A stretch of DNA of 64,000 bases from the NCBI GenBank assembly GCA_963700285.1, contig CAVOXA010000010.1, positions 672,001-736,000 of the forward strand, in the 5' to 3' direction. Below are positions 31,332 to 41,824 of the stretch, in pieces. This stretch comes from an uncultured Chloroflexia bacterium. GTDB lineage: Bacteria > Chloroflexota > Anaerolineae > JAAYZQ01. The notes below the pieces were generated by a model. That model did no database searches and had not been told where the DNA came from. It worked only from the letters and a program-made list of their open reading frames with translations. Made by a program: the position numbers and the translations under genes. The number at the start of each line of letters is the position of its first letter. Within the stretch, counting starts at the first letter, position 1.

Positions 31332-34300
31332 TTAACCCCTTGCGCCTCGTAACCACGAGACCGACGATCGCCAGACATGGAATTCGGCGATCCCCCAGCT
31401 GAACTGCTCAGAAGCCCTGGTGGTTCTTACGCGGATCTGGCTTGCCAGCTTGGATGGGAACTGAACATCCACCTCGCCCCAGTTGTCATTACTCTGTCCC
31501 ACTGGCTCCCACGCCTGACCGTCGGGAGAGATCTCGACGACAAAGCCCCGGGGCAACTCGTTATTGGGGTGCTCCAAGGTCACCCGTTCTATGCGACGCG
31601 GGCTGCCCATGTCGACCACAAACCACATCTCTGGTTTCTGCTTGACCGCTCGCGTGCTCCAACTGGTTGACAGTCGCGCGTCGATCGCTCTGTACGCGTC
31701 TTTGCTATAGTGACTGGCCTGAGCCCCAATCCAAGGTCGCGTTGCACTGACAGCAATCTCGCTGATCATCCAAGTAGCCGGCCAATCAGGCTGCCCCGTT
31801 TGCTCCACGCGCAGATAGCGGGCGCCGACCGGTGCAAAGGCCACATCGATGTCGGTCCAATTCTGGGCTTGTTCGGCCACCAGACGCCAGTTGCGGCCGT
31901 CTTCTGATAGTCTGACCCGGTAGCCGACGGGAAAACCCCGGCCGGGACTGGAAACCCTGGCCCGATCCAGAACCAACACCTGACCCAAGTCGAGCTGAAA
32001 CCACATGCCAGGTTCTTGATCCACCTTGCTGTCCCACGCCGTGGTTGGGTCACCATCGAATGCCAGCGCCGCCTCCTGGGTATTGTGACTCGCCCGGGTT
32101 GACCAGGGAACCGAGAGTGACCTCACCCCTTCCACAACTGCCACGGCGACTCCTAGTGGCGCCCCACCCCGGCGGAAGAACCAGGTCTGGCCCTCTTCTA
32201 CCAGATCCCAGCGCAGGAGATAGTATCCTGGCACGGCAGGCGTCTTGAAGGGTACGTCGGTCAGGTCTACGGAATCCCCCGAGGGCACATCCTGCGGCAG
32301 TTGGGTGCGGAAGGTGTCCCACGGTTCCGAGAGTCTGCCATCTTCGGTAAACCAGTTGTAGGCCAAATGAACAGGAGAGCTTCCACCGGAGGCCCAGAGC
32401 TTTGTCCCGACATTGCGCAGTCGCAGGCTGGCACGCAGTTCCTGTCCGGGCAGCATTTGGGCCGACCAAGGCTCCAGCGCATGCCACTCCACCAGGTATT
32501 CGGGCGGAAGGATCTGAACGGGATACTGTGCCACAGCGACACCTTGGCTGGAGAGCCAGATGCCAGCCTGATTCAGGTCCCACACCAGCCGGTAGGCGCC
32601 GGGTATCTGTGGGGTGACAAAGGCCACATCCGGCAAGGTAGCCACCTCGCCCGAACCGATGGTATTGGGCAGTGGCCAAGTTGGGTCATCGTCCACGGGT
32701 ACTTCCCCATCCTGCGTATCTAGCCAACGATAGCCCAGGCGGACCGCCTCGGGGCCAGAGTGGGGCCAAGGCTTGGTACCGACGTTCTTGACCTCGATAT
32801 AGGCGCTGCTCAACTGACCAGCGACCAACCGGTCGGGAGTGAGGGCCTTGAGCCACTCGGCCGCATAGTCTGGCAGGGCGGATGCGACCGTCACGTCAAC
32901 CTCGTAGACGGGCGAGCCCTTCCACTGGAACCAGACGACGAATTCGTGTACCATGTCCATCTGCAGGATATAATGGCCCGGTTCTGCCGGAAACTGAAGA
33001 TTGGCATTGAGCAAGATCGCCTCGAGGGGTGCCACCTCCTGGCCGATGGGAGTCCGTAGACCGTCAGCCACGACGACGTTGTGATTGATATCTAGCCACT
33101 TGTACGCGAGATTCACCGGGTTGGGTCCGCTTGGAGGCCAGGTCATTGATCCCTCATTACGTACCTGTACAGGAAAGGTCATCGTCTCGCCGGCTCTTCC
33201 CTCTGTAGGTGCATCTACGCTGAGCCAGGCCACCCGGTAGCGGGCCCCGACTCGAACCTCCTTTCTCTTCCAGGTTGGGGAGCCTTGGTCAGCAAACCAA
33301 CCATGCTCGCCTTCGACCAGGTCGACTTCTAGGGTGTAATAGCCAGGAACGGAGGGCGCCCGCACACGCATGCTCGGTACCGTAACAGTTTGCCCTGCGG
33401 CGACCGTCTGGGGCAGGTTGGTACGCATACCCTGGATGATACTGCCATCGGCCGTATACCAGCGATAACCCAAACGGACAGCCTGGGTGCCGGTGTTTGC
33501 CCACGTGTGGCGTCCATCGTTGCGGATCCTGACTTTGAAGCCGACGCTCTTCCCCGGGTTGCATCACGGTAGGTGCGTTCACTTCCAGCCAAGCCACCAG
33601 GTACTCGGGCTCGGTCTCGGGCAATACGACCCGGTACTGATTGTTCATCGCGTCGCGAAAATCGTCTTGCACGCCCGGCTTGTTCTCGATGGCCCAACCA
33701 ACCTGTTGGGGATCATTTGGATTGCCGATGATCCAGCGGAAAAGGATCAAGGCCTGGATGGGTTGTTCCCCAGTACTCTGGTTCCAGTCATTGATCTCCC
33801 GGTAGGCATTGCGCACCCAGCCCGTATTCTGGTTCCGCCAGGATACGTACTGGTCCGTTTCGGTAATATACACAGGACGGTTCCGCAGCGATTCCGGGAT
33901 CGCGCCCATAAAGTCACGATAGGCGCGAAAGTGCCAGTGATGATTGGCAAAAGGGGGATTCATGGTGGCATTACTGAACACATAATTGGGGTCCTGGCCG
34001 TGGGTGTAGGTGTGGATAGATATGCCATCGACCGCGCTACCCAGCAGGTTCAGGATATCGGCGAAATACTTGACCCAGTCACCGTTTTGATTGGTAGGGT
34101 ACGTGGTCTGGGTGTTCCACGGGCCCACAGCGCCGACAACGACCTGGTCATCACTGTGTCCGGGGCGGCGGTGGATCTCGCCCCTGCACTTTCGGAAGCA
34201 CTCGGCGTAGAGGTCCGGTGTGATCACCTGGCCATCGGGTCCGCCAGGCCGCTCCCAGGCCAGATTCATCTCATTGCCAATGATCCAGATGTGGCAGCCA

Positions 34301-34578
34301 GGGCTGGCCTGCACAAAATTCCCGCAGCGCCGGGCAAAATCATCATACTGGGCAGAGAAGGGGATGGTGCCACCGGTCCCATAGCCATTGTTCAGACGGG
34401 CCATGACGCCCAACCCCTTGTTGGTCAGATCGGTATAGTTGCTGCCGCTGTGGTTGTTGGGATCGGACCCCAGCGCTTCTGTGACCAGAACCCAGCCACG
34501 CTTGCCCTTCTCCAGCATCAGGTGCTCGCCACCGCGGTCATGCATCCCGAATATGTATGGGGGATAGATTTCAGGCAT
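31332..34578 (-). CDS. clan GH-A-like glycoside hydrolase plus four NBR1-type Ig-like repeats plus two F5/8C (discoidin/CBM32) domains; one frameshift at ~33553
   Basis: WIIGNEMN and VYITETD glutamates; repeats (R/K)N.G...W......V.L.Y.W...P..PG.Y.L..D; FDGDPTTAW, WFQLDLG. Removing one G from the GGGG run joins ORFs 33289-34578 and 31332-33473 into ~1080 aa. Confidence 0.75.
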
Positions 34579-34699
34579 CCTTCACCTCCTGCACCGTTGG
34601 TATCGGCCCTTCGAATCTCTAGTATTGTCTATTATACCCTCAAACGCACAAAGAGGCAAGGTGTTTTTCTGTCTGCCGGAGGTATGGTATACTGGCGCC

Positions 34700-37612
34700 A
34701 TGCAAGCGCCAGCACGGTGGCGGACGACGCCGACTGACAGGTCACGCAGGTTGAGAGCACAGCACCTTGTTCTGGGGACACTGATCTTGGTGGCCCTGGG
34801 TCTGCGGCTGGCTTATCTCAGGTTTCAACCCCTCTGGTGGGACGAAGGCTGGAGCGTCTACTTTGCCACCACCGACCCGGGGGCGATGCTTGGCCTTACG
34901 GCCGTAGACATCCACCCCCCTTTCTACTATGTTCTTCTCTATCTGTGGATAGCGGTCCTGGGATCCAGCGTCTTTTCTGTCAAACTCCTGTCGGTATTGA
35001 TTGGCACGGTCACTGTCCCCCTCCTGTTTGTCACAGGGCGACGGCTTTCAGGCGGAATCGCCGGGCTGGTAGCCGCAGGCCTGCTGGCCATTTCACCGTT
35101 TCACATCTACTACTCCCAGGAAGTACGGATGTATGTGCTGGTCACACTCCTGAGTCTGGTGGCCTTCGACTCCGCTTTGCGGTGGAGGTTGGCGAGTGGT
35201 GAACGGATAGCGGATCTCAGGTATTGGGGTTCAGGGCTGGGGTATGTGCTGGCCGCGACGTTGGCGCTGTATACGCAGTATTACGCTGCGTTTGTCCTGC
35301 TGGCACTGAACATCAGTATGCTCATCTGCTGGCTTCGAGGCCGGCGTGGGGTTCGCAAGATCCTACCCTGGCTGGGCGCACAGGCTGCTGTGGCGCTGCT
35401 ATACCTGCCGTGGCTGTGGTATGCAGGACCCAAACTGCTCACCTATGTACGCTTCAAAGTCAGCGTCGAGGGGGATCCGTCGCTGGGCTTTCTCAACTAT
35501 GTGAGCAGTCACCTAAGTACCTTCAATTGGGGACACGCCGAAGGCTTCCTGGCAGGTTGGTGGTGGCTGGGTCTGCTGTCCTTGATTGTGCTCCTAGTGA
35601 GCTGCGCTGTTCTTGTGTGGCGGAAGGCACGCCAAGACGGCCTTGGTCATGTGCTGTTGGGGATTTGGGATTGGGTATTGACCGTTGGTCATTGGCCACT
35701 GGTGATAGTCCTGGTTGCTCTCATGTGTGGCTTTCTCGTCAATCGTGTTTTTCCCTTCAATCCTCCTCGGAGCGAGCGGTTGCTGCTGCTGGCCCTGCCT
35801 GCCTACTTGATGCTTGTGGCTTCCGTTCTGCTTGGATTGTGGCGCGAGCGACACTCGCTGGCCATTCTTCCTGCTGTGTCGCTGGTGGCTGTCGCGATTC
35901 TGTCACTTGTCTTCTTCTACACTGTGCTCCGCTATCCCGATGACGACTATCGCCCCCTGGCTGCCCAGGTACGAGCCCAGGCTCGACCCACGGATGCCAT
36001 CATCGCCGTCCACCCCTGGCAGGTGGGCTATTTTCAGGCCTATATCCCTGATGACGATGCCCGTCCCAGTCTCATTCTGACACCCCGTCAGGTACTGCCC
36101 CGTGAGCGCCAGCTCTGGGCCGATGACCCGGCGCTGATGGCCGCTGGCCTGGACGCCCTGCTGGCCGAGAATGACAGGGTCTGGCTGCTGGATCATCAGG
36201 CCATGGCTCGAGTGTTAGAACGCCAGATCGAGGCTTACTTGGTCGAGCAGGCGTATCCTGTCTTGAGCCAGTGGTACGGCGAAAACTCCGTTCTGTCCTT
36301 GTTCACCGCGGGAGAACAGGCCGCACTGCCGGTATCTGCCCGGTTTGGAGAGTGGCTTGCCCTGGAAGAGGCCACTCTGAACGCCGATCCGATCCAGGCC
36401 GGCTGGGGGATCGTCACCACTGATCTGGCCTGGCGGCTGTTAGAGCGTCCTGGAGAGCGGTACCACATAGGTTTGCGTCTGGTCGATGGGATGGGGCGCG
36501 TCTGGGCGCAACGTGATAGTAATCCACGGGGCGGGTTGCAGCACTTTTTCGAGTGGCCGGTGGGGGACGCACGTCTGGACCGCCATGGTCTATTGGTACC
36601 GCCTGGCACACCACCGGGCAATTACCACGTCACGCTGCGGGTCTATCGCAGCAAAGATCTGGAGGTACTGCCGGCCACATTCAAAGGGGGTAGCGGCGGC
36701 GAAGTGGTGCTGGGGACAGTTCGGATCGTCCGGCCCAACCCCTCGCCGCCCGTGGAGGCCCTCGCAGTCGACAGGCCACTTCTTGCTGATTTTGGCGACC
36801 GCCTGAGGCTGCTGGGCTTCTCGATGGATAGTGATGCGGTACTACGGCCCGGTGAGGCCGTGGAAGTTGAACTGTTCTGGCAGGCTCTGGGTGACCCAGG
36901 GGAGGATTTCCTCCCCCAGTTGCGGCTGCTGGACGCCGATGGTACGAGCGTAGCTGAGCTGACGGAAAAACCTGTAGCGGGCACCTATCCTACGGCGTGG
37001 TGGCGGGATGGAGAGATGGTGCGTGATCCCCATGCTCTCCCTGTTCCGGCTCTGGTACCGGCGGGTGGCTATCGCCTGGCGCTTGGCCTGATCCGCGCCG
37101 CCGGTGACGTGCCGGTGGAAATGCAGGATGGGGCAACAACCGTAGATTTGGGCAACGTAGAGATCCAAGACCGTGAGCACCTCTATTGGCCATCATTTCC
37201 AGCTCACTTCCAGCAAGCACAGTTTGGTCCGTCTGTTGAGTTGATGGGCTACGATGTTCGCGAAGCCATACGCGCCCCCGGCTCGCCTCTAGAGGTGACG
37301 CTGCATTGGCACGCGCTGGAAACGCCCGACAAAGGCTACTATAGCTTTGTCCATCTGTTGGACGAGGAAGAGGAGATCGTCGCCCAGCACGATGGACCTC
37401 CAGGTGAGAGTGAGTTGCCAACTTTGGGCTGGCTGCCGTCCGAGTACCTGACCGATACCCACTTGCTTCAGCTTCCCTTTGACCTGGATGACGGGATCTA
37501 TCGGCTGGCTGTGGGGCTCTATGATCCGATCACTGGTCAGCGCCTCGGGGAACGACTCTTGCTCGACAAGCCTGTACCGGTGAAAGCCAATGGGGGCTGC
37601 AACTGCCGATGA
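34700..37612 (+). CDS. GT-C glycosyltransferase family 39/83 (PMT/ArnT-like) with C-terminal Ig-like domains
   Basis: LWWDE, DIHPPFYY, YSQEVRMY, many TM helices, three C-terminal repeats with (P)G.Y.L..GL; start re-called at 34700. Confidence 0.85.
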   Translation: MQAPARWRTTPTDRSRRLRAQHLVLGTLILVALGLRLAYLRFQPLWWDEGWSVYFATTDPGAMLGLTAVDIHPPFYYVLLYLWIAVLGSSVFSVKLLSVLIGTVTVPLLFVTGRRLSGGIAGLVAAGLLAISPFHIYYSQEVRMYVLVTLLSLVAFDSALRWRLASGERIADLRYWGSGLGYVLAATLALYTQYYAAFVLLALNISMLICWLRGRRGVRKILPWLGAQAAVALLYLPWLWYAGPKLLTYVRFKVSVEGDPSLGFLNYVSSHLSTFNWGHAEGFLAGWWWLGLLSLIVLLVSCAVLVWRKARQDGLGHVLLGIWDWVLTVGHWPLVIVLVALMCGFLVNRVFPFNPPRSERLLLLALPAYLMLVASVLLGLWRERHSLAILPAVSLVAVAILSLVFFYTVLRYPDDDYRPLAAQVRAQARPTDAIIAVHPWQVGYFQAYIPDDDARPSLILTPRQVLPRERQLWADDPALMAAGLDALLAENDRVWLLDHQAMARVLERQIEAYLVEQAYPVLSQWYGENSVLSLFTAGEQAALPVSARFGEWLALEEATLNADPIQAGWGIVTTDLAWRLLERPGERYHIGLRLVDGMGRVWAQRDSNPRGGLQHFFEWPVGDARLDRHGLLVPPGTPPGNYHVTLRVYRSKDLEVLPATFKGGSGGEVVLGTVRIVRPNPSPPVEALAVDRPLLADFGDRLRLLGFSMDSDAVLRPGEAVEVELFWQALGDPGEDFLPQLRLLDADGTSVAELTEKPVAGTYPTAWWRDGEMVRDPHALPVPALVPAGGYRLALGLIRAAGDVPVEMQDGATTVDLGNVEIQDREHLYWPSFPAHFQQAQFGPSVELMGYDVREAIRAPGSPLEVTLHWHALETPDKGYYSFVHLLDEEEEIVAQHDGPPGESELPTLGWLPSEYLTDTHLLQLPFDLDDGIYRLAVGLYDPITGQRLGERLLLDKPVPVKANGGCNCR

Positions 37613-37686
37613 TTAGATCTGGATTGGCCAGCCTTTGTGGGGCCAACTACCAGACTCTGAATGGTGTCGATCGAAAGGATGGAGAA

Positions 37687-39150
37687 ATGAAAAAAGATGG
37701 TCGCCTTGAAATTCAGAATGTGAGAGGGCAGATCGTGGGGGTGGATGTCCAGGTGCCGCTGTTGGATGGGTCGCACCGGCAGTATGTGAACTTTGACAAT
37801 GCTGCCAGCACGCCTGCGCTTCGGCCAGTTTATGACAAAGTGAACGAGTTCCTGGCCTGGTACTCTAGCGTCCATCGGGGAACCGGTTTCAAGAGCCAAA
37901 TTGCTACCGAAGCTTATGAGCTTGCACACGAGTGTGTAGCCTGTTTTGTTGGCGTCGAGCCTGAAACCAATACGGTCATCTTTGGCAAGAATACTACGGA
38001 GGCGATCAACAAGCTGGCCCGCCGCTTCCCCTTGAAAACACAGGATGTAGTGCTCTGTTCCCTTCTGGAGCATCATTCCAACGATCTGCCCTGGCGCCAA
38101 CGGGCTCAGCTTGTCCACGTGGCGGTCGACGATGAAGGGCGGCTGGACGAAGAAGACTATGATCGCCTATTGCGCTTGTATGCTGGCAGGGTCAAGCTGG
38201 TCGCAATCAGCGGCGCGTCGAACGTGACCGGCTATCTGCCACCTGTCCACCACCTGGCAGAGAAAGCACATGCCGCGGGGGCCAAGATCCTGGTGGACGC
38301 GGCCCAAATGGCTCCACACCGGGTGGTGCGCATGCTCCCTGACGACGATCCGGGGCACCTCGATTTCGTGGCCCTGTCAGCACACAAGATGTACGCACCC
38401 TATGGCACAGGGGCGTTGATCGGCCCGATATCGGTCTTTGAGAAGGGTACGCCGGACCAGGTAGGTGGGGGTACGGTAGATATTGTGACCGTGGATGACG
38501 TCTGGTGGACCAGCCCGCCGGACCGAGACGAAGCGGGCAGTCCCAACGTCGTTGGCGCGGTGGCCCTGGCCCAGGCGATTCTCAGCCTGGAGGAAATCGG
38601 CATGGAGGCCCTGGCCACACATGAGGCAAAGCTGACCGCCCACGCGCTTCGCCGCCTGCAAAAGATCGAAGGCGTGGAGGTTTATGGTTTGACTGATCCC
38701 GAGCACGCCAGTGAGCGGCTGGGCGTCATTCCCTTCAATGTGAAGGGAGTGGACCACTACAAAGTGGCAGCGGTGCTCAGCTTTGAGGGGGGCATCGGCG
38801 TGCGGAATGGTTGCTTCTGCGCCCATCCCTACATTTTGAGACTAATGAACGTGTCTGCAAAAGAAGCACTGCGCCACCAGCAGGACATCGTGGACGGCAC
38901 GCGGGTGGGTCTGCCCGGGTTGGTACGCATCAGCTTTGGCTGCTACAATACCATCGAGGAAGTCGACCACGTGATAGAGGTCCTGGCCCGGATCGCGGCT
39001 GGCGAGATCCACGGCGATTATGAGCAAGATCTGATTTCGGGTGCCTGCTGGCCACGGGGCTTTGAGCCCGATTACGAGCAGTACTTTGCCTTTCAATGCG
39101 GCTTGCGAGCGCGGCCTCGAGCACAGCGCCAGCCTCATTGTGGTGTATAG
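37687..39150 (+). CDS. class-V PLP enzyme, SufS-like cysteine desulfurase/selenocysteine lyase family
   Basis: FDNAAST, EHHSNDLPW, DAAQ, SAHKMYAPYG, EAGSPN, RNGCFCA. Confidence 0.88.
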   Translation: MKKDGRLEIQNVRGQIVGVDVQVPLLDGSHRQYVNFDNAASTPALRPVYDKVNEFLAWYSSVHRGTGFKSQIATEAYELAHECVACFVGVEPETNTVIFGKNTTEAINKLARRFPLKTQDVVLCSLLEHHSNDLPWRQRAQLVHVAVDDEGRLDEEDYDRLLRLYAGRVKLVAISGASNVTGYLPPVHHLAEKAHAAGAKILVDAAQMAPHRVVRMLPDDDPGHLDFVALSAHKMYAPYGTGALIGPISVFEKGTPDQVGGGTVDIVTVDDVWWTSPPDRDEAGSPNVVGAVALAQAILSLEEIGMEALATHEAKLTAHALRRLQKIEGVEVYGLTDPEHASERLGVIPFNVKGVDHYKVAAVLSFEGGIGVRNGCFCAHPYILRLMNVSAKEALRHQQDIVDGTRVGLPGLVRISFGCYNTIEEVDHVIEVLARIAAGEIHGDYEQDLISGACWPRGFEPDYEQYFAFQCGLRARPRAQRQPHCGV

Positions 39151-39190
39151 CAGTCTTTCTCAGGCTGTCGTGCAATGAGTCCTGACGCAA

Positions 39191-39217
39191 GAGACCTCAC
39201 CACTGCGGTGAGGTCTC
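39191..39217. terminator. hairpin between convergent genes
   Basis: GAGACCTCACC-ACTGC-GGTGAGGTCTC. Confidence 0.7.
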
Positions 39218-39253
39218 CTCTCTGTCTGCATGGGTAGGGTGAGAGCGGACTGG

Positions 39254-40654
39254 CTACTTTTGGATTCCCCCCTCTGTCATTCTACGGGCATCGAGGATGC
39301 GATCCGCCTCAGCCGCAGTCAAGTAGCCCTTTTCCACGACGACCTCTTTGATGGTCCGGCCTGTGGCCATGGCTTCCTTGGCCACCTCAGCACCCTTGAG
39401 ATAGCCAATGACGGGATTGAGGGCGGTGACCAGGATGGCGTTCTTGGCCAGCCAGCCTTCCGCTTTGTCTCGGTTGGCCGTGATTCCGACCACACATTTG
39501 TCGGTAAAGGCTCGCATGGCGCCGATGAGTACCTGCATCATCTCAAAGAGGTCGTGGGCGATAATAGGCATCATCACGTTCAGTTCAAGCTGGCCCGCCT
39601 GCCCGGCCATCATGACCGTCAGGTCATTGCCCAAGACGTGGAAACAGGCCATGTTGAGCATCTCGGCCAACACAGGGTTCACCTTGCCGGGCATAATGCT
39701 GCTGCCCGGCTGCACAGCAGGCAGGTGGATCTCGTCCAGGCCCGTGGACGGTCCGCTGGACAACAGGCGAAAGTCGTTGGCGATGCGGTTCAGGGTGACA
39801 GCCAGGGTGCGCATCGAGGCCGAGAAATCCACGGCATCGGCCAGGCTCTGCATCGACTCAAAGTGGTTGTCTGACTCGTAGAGTTCCAAGCCGCTGATTT
39901 CCGAAAGCTTGACCACCATGCGGGCGTGGTACTCGGGATGGGCGTTCAGGCCGGAGCCAGTCGCCGTCCCGCCGATACCCAGGCGCCGGAGTCCCTCGGC
40001 TCCTCGCCTCAGGCGTACGGCGTCACGCTCAACGGCGCGGGCATAGGCCCCAAACTCTTGCCCCAATCGCACCGGGACGGCGTCCTGCAAATGGGTACGC
40101 CCCGACTTGACGACGTCGTCAAACTCGGCGGCCTTGTTGAACAATTCGCCAGCCAACCGGTCGGCCTCGCCAGTCAGCTCGTCCAATCGCCATAGGCAGC
40201 CCAGGCGAATGGCCGTGGGGATGGTGTCGTTGGTGCTCTGGGCCATGTTCACGTGATCGTTGGGGTGCACCGGCTTTTGGGAGTCATCAACCTGGTAACC
40301 CAGGATCTGGTTGGCACGGTTGGCGATCACCTCGTTGATGTTCATGTTGTGGCTGGTACCCGCACCGGCTTGGAAGGGATCCACCACAAACTGCTTGTCC
40401 CAACGGCCTTGGACGACCTCTTGCGCTGCTTGAACGATGGCCTGCCCATGCTCGTTGTCCAGCAGGCCCAGGTCCATGTGGACCATGGCCGCGGCCTGTT
40501 TGATGGCGGCCATGCCCCAGATAAAGGCACGATAGGGCTTCATGCCGGAAACGGGAAAGTTGTGGACAGCACGCATGGTCTGAGCACCATAAAGGGCATC
40601 GGCTGGTACTTGGATTTCGCCCAAAGAGTCTTTTTCGATTCTGATATCGCTCAT
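39254..40654 (-). CDS. aspartate ammonia-lyase / class II fumarase family
   Basis: EKDSLG, QAGAGTSHNMN, QSTND, GRTHLQDA, GSSIMPGKVNP; AspA and FumC cannot be separated by eye. Confidence 0.92.
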   Translation of the reverse strand: MSDIRIEKDSLGEIQVPADALYGAQTMRAVHNFPVSGMKPYRAFIWGMAAIKQAAAMVHMDLGLLDNEHGQAIVQAAQEVVQGRWDKQFVVDPFQAGAGTSHNMNINEVIANRANQILGYQVDDSQKPVHPNDHVNMAQSTNDTIPTAIRLGCLWRLDELTGEADRLAGELFNKAAEFDDVVKSGRTHLQDAVPVRLGQEFGAYARAVERDAVRLRRGAEGLRRLGIGGTATGSGLNAHPEYHARMVVKLSEISGLELYESDNHFESMQSLADAVDFSASMRTLAVTLNRIANDFRLLSSGPSTGLDEIHLPAVQPGSSIMPGKVNPVLAEMLNMACFHVLGNDLTVMMAGQAGQLELNVMMPIIAHDLFEMMQVLIGAMRAFTDKCVVGITANRDKAEGWLAKNAILVTALNPVIGYLKGAEVAKEAMATGRTIKEVVVEKGYLTAAEADRILDARRMTEGGIQK

Positions 40655-40738
40655 CACTCCTCCGCGAATGCTGCCAGCTATCAGCTTTTAGAGTGCCCCA
40701 AGGAGGATAGCTGACAGTTGTAGGTCGAGAGCCTCTGC

Positions 40739-41656
40739 TCAGGCATTCAGATAGGAATCGGCATAGATGACCTGGTTGGTGAGTACCTGCACGGTCCTGT
40801 AAAGATTGACATGTTCGGGATCCGACTGATCAACCGAGGCGCTATCCAGCTCTATGTCGGACTTGGTCACGTCGTACAGGCGCAGAAGCAGCCGGTCGTA
40901 GGAGGTAGTTGCATCGCGCTCTCGTACCAGCCGGATGACCTCCATCAACTCAGGATCCAGGGGGTTGGCCACCAGAACATCTACGCCGGCTGCCAGGAGC
41001 ATGGTCGCGTAGGCCTGGGTGATGTAGGCCTTGGCTGCGTCGGCGGCGCCATCGGCCACGTCATCGAGGTGGATCAGGGTGTTAGGCGCAGGATCGGCAG
41101 CCACCTTGAGCAAGCGTAGTGTCTCAACCGTGGCTGGGATCATGGGCTGGTCACAAGATAAGGAAGCGACCAACGGATCTATGTAAACGTCGGCTTGGGT
41201 GAGGCCGGAACCAAGCGCCTGGGGCAAGAGCGTTTCGCTGGTCAACGTCAGTCGCTCCTCCGTCGTTGTCGGCAGCCCGCCTGGACAGGCAGAGATGACC
41301 AGCTTGGCCCCATAGCGCCTTGCCAGCGTGACATAGGGGGCCAGGTCGACGATCCCGGGCAAGGTGGCATCTATCATACTCTTTACCCTGGCTGCCTGGA
41401 GGCCCGCCTCCAGTGCGACCGGGTCATCGCTGCGCAGGACCAAGGGGATGGATACCTCGTCGTGAATGGCCTCCACCAACCAGGCTAACTCCTGCGCGGC
41501 GTTCTTGCGTTGGGGTCCAAAGTCCACCAACAGCCAGTTGGCACCAGCCTCCACCTGCTGGCGAGCCAAGGTCTTGAACAGCGACTCACGTCGCTGCGTG
41601 ATGGCAGCCGCCAATATCAGCCGCCCTACTCGAATCTGATTTCCAATCAATATCAT
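40739..41656 (-). CDS. AcsE/MeTr-like pterin-binding TIM-barrel protein, degenerate
   Basis: MILIG start, ARQQVEAGA, YIDP, C-terminal IYADSYL typical of long AcsE proteins. Confidence 0.72.
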   Translation of the reverse strand: MILIGNQIRVGRLILAAAITQRRESLFKTLARQQVEAGANWLLVDFGPQRKNAAQELAWLVEAIHDEVSIPLVLRSDDPVALEAGLQAARVKSMIDATLPGIVDLAPYVTLARRYGAKLVISACPGGLPTTTEERLTLTSETLLPQALGSGLTQADVYIDPLVASLSCDQPMIPATVETLRLLKVAADPAPNTLIHLDDVADGAADAAKAYITQAYATMLLAAGVDVLVANPLDPELMEVIRLVRERDATTSYDRLLLRLYDVTKSDIELDSASVDQSDPEHVNLYRTVQVLTNQVIYADSYLNA

Positions 41657-41749
41657 GGTTGTCCTCCAGGATCAAGATCTCGGTTGGGTCTCGACCTCGA
41701 GAGGACGACCGCGGTGTCGCAACAGTGAAACGTAAAATGTGAACCGGGC

Positions 41750-41778
41750 GAGAGGCATTGCACAGCGCAATGCCTCTC
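41750..41778. terminator. strong hairpin downstream of the ferritin-YyaL gene
   Basis: GAGAGGCATTGC-ACAGC-GCAATGCCTCTC; T-rich tail only on the plus strand. Confidence 0.55.
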
Positions 41779-41824
41779 TTTCCTTATCGATCAGAAAGGG
41801 GAAAAGCCCATAGCGGCATCTACT

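Noticed and set aside
33487-34737. Long antisense ORFs (this 416-aa one, also 14758-15642, 17390-18271, 20346-21266, 23471-24382)
   Set aside because: These are shadow frames opposite well-supported genes in GC-rich DNA, with no recognisable motifs.
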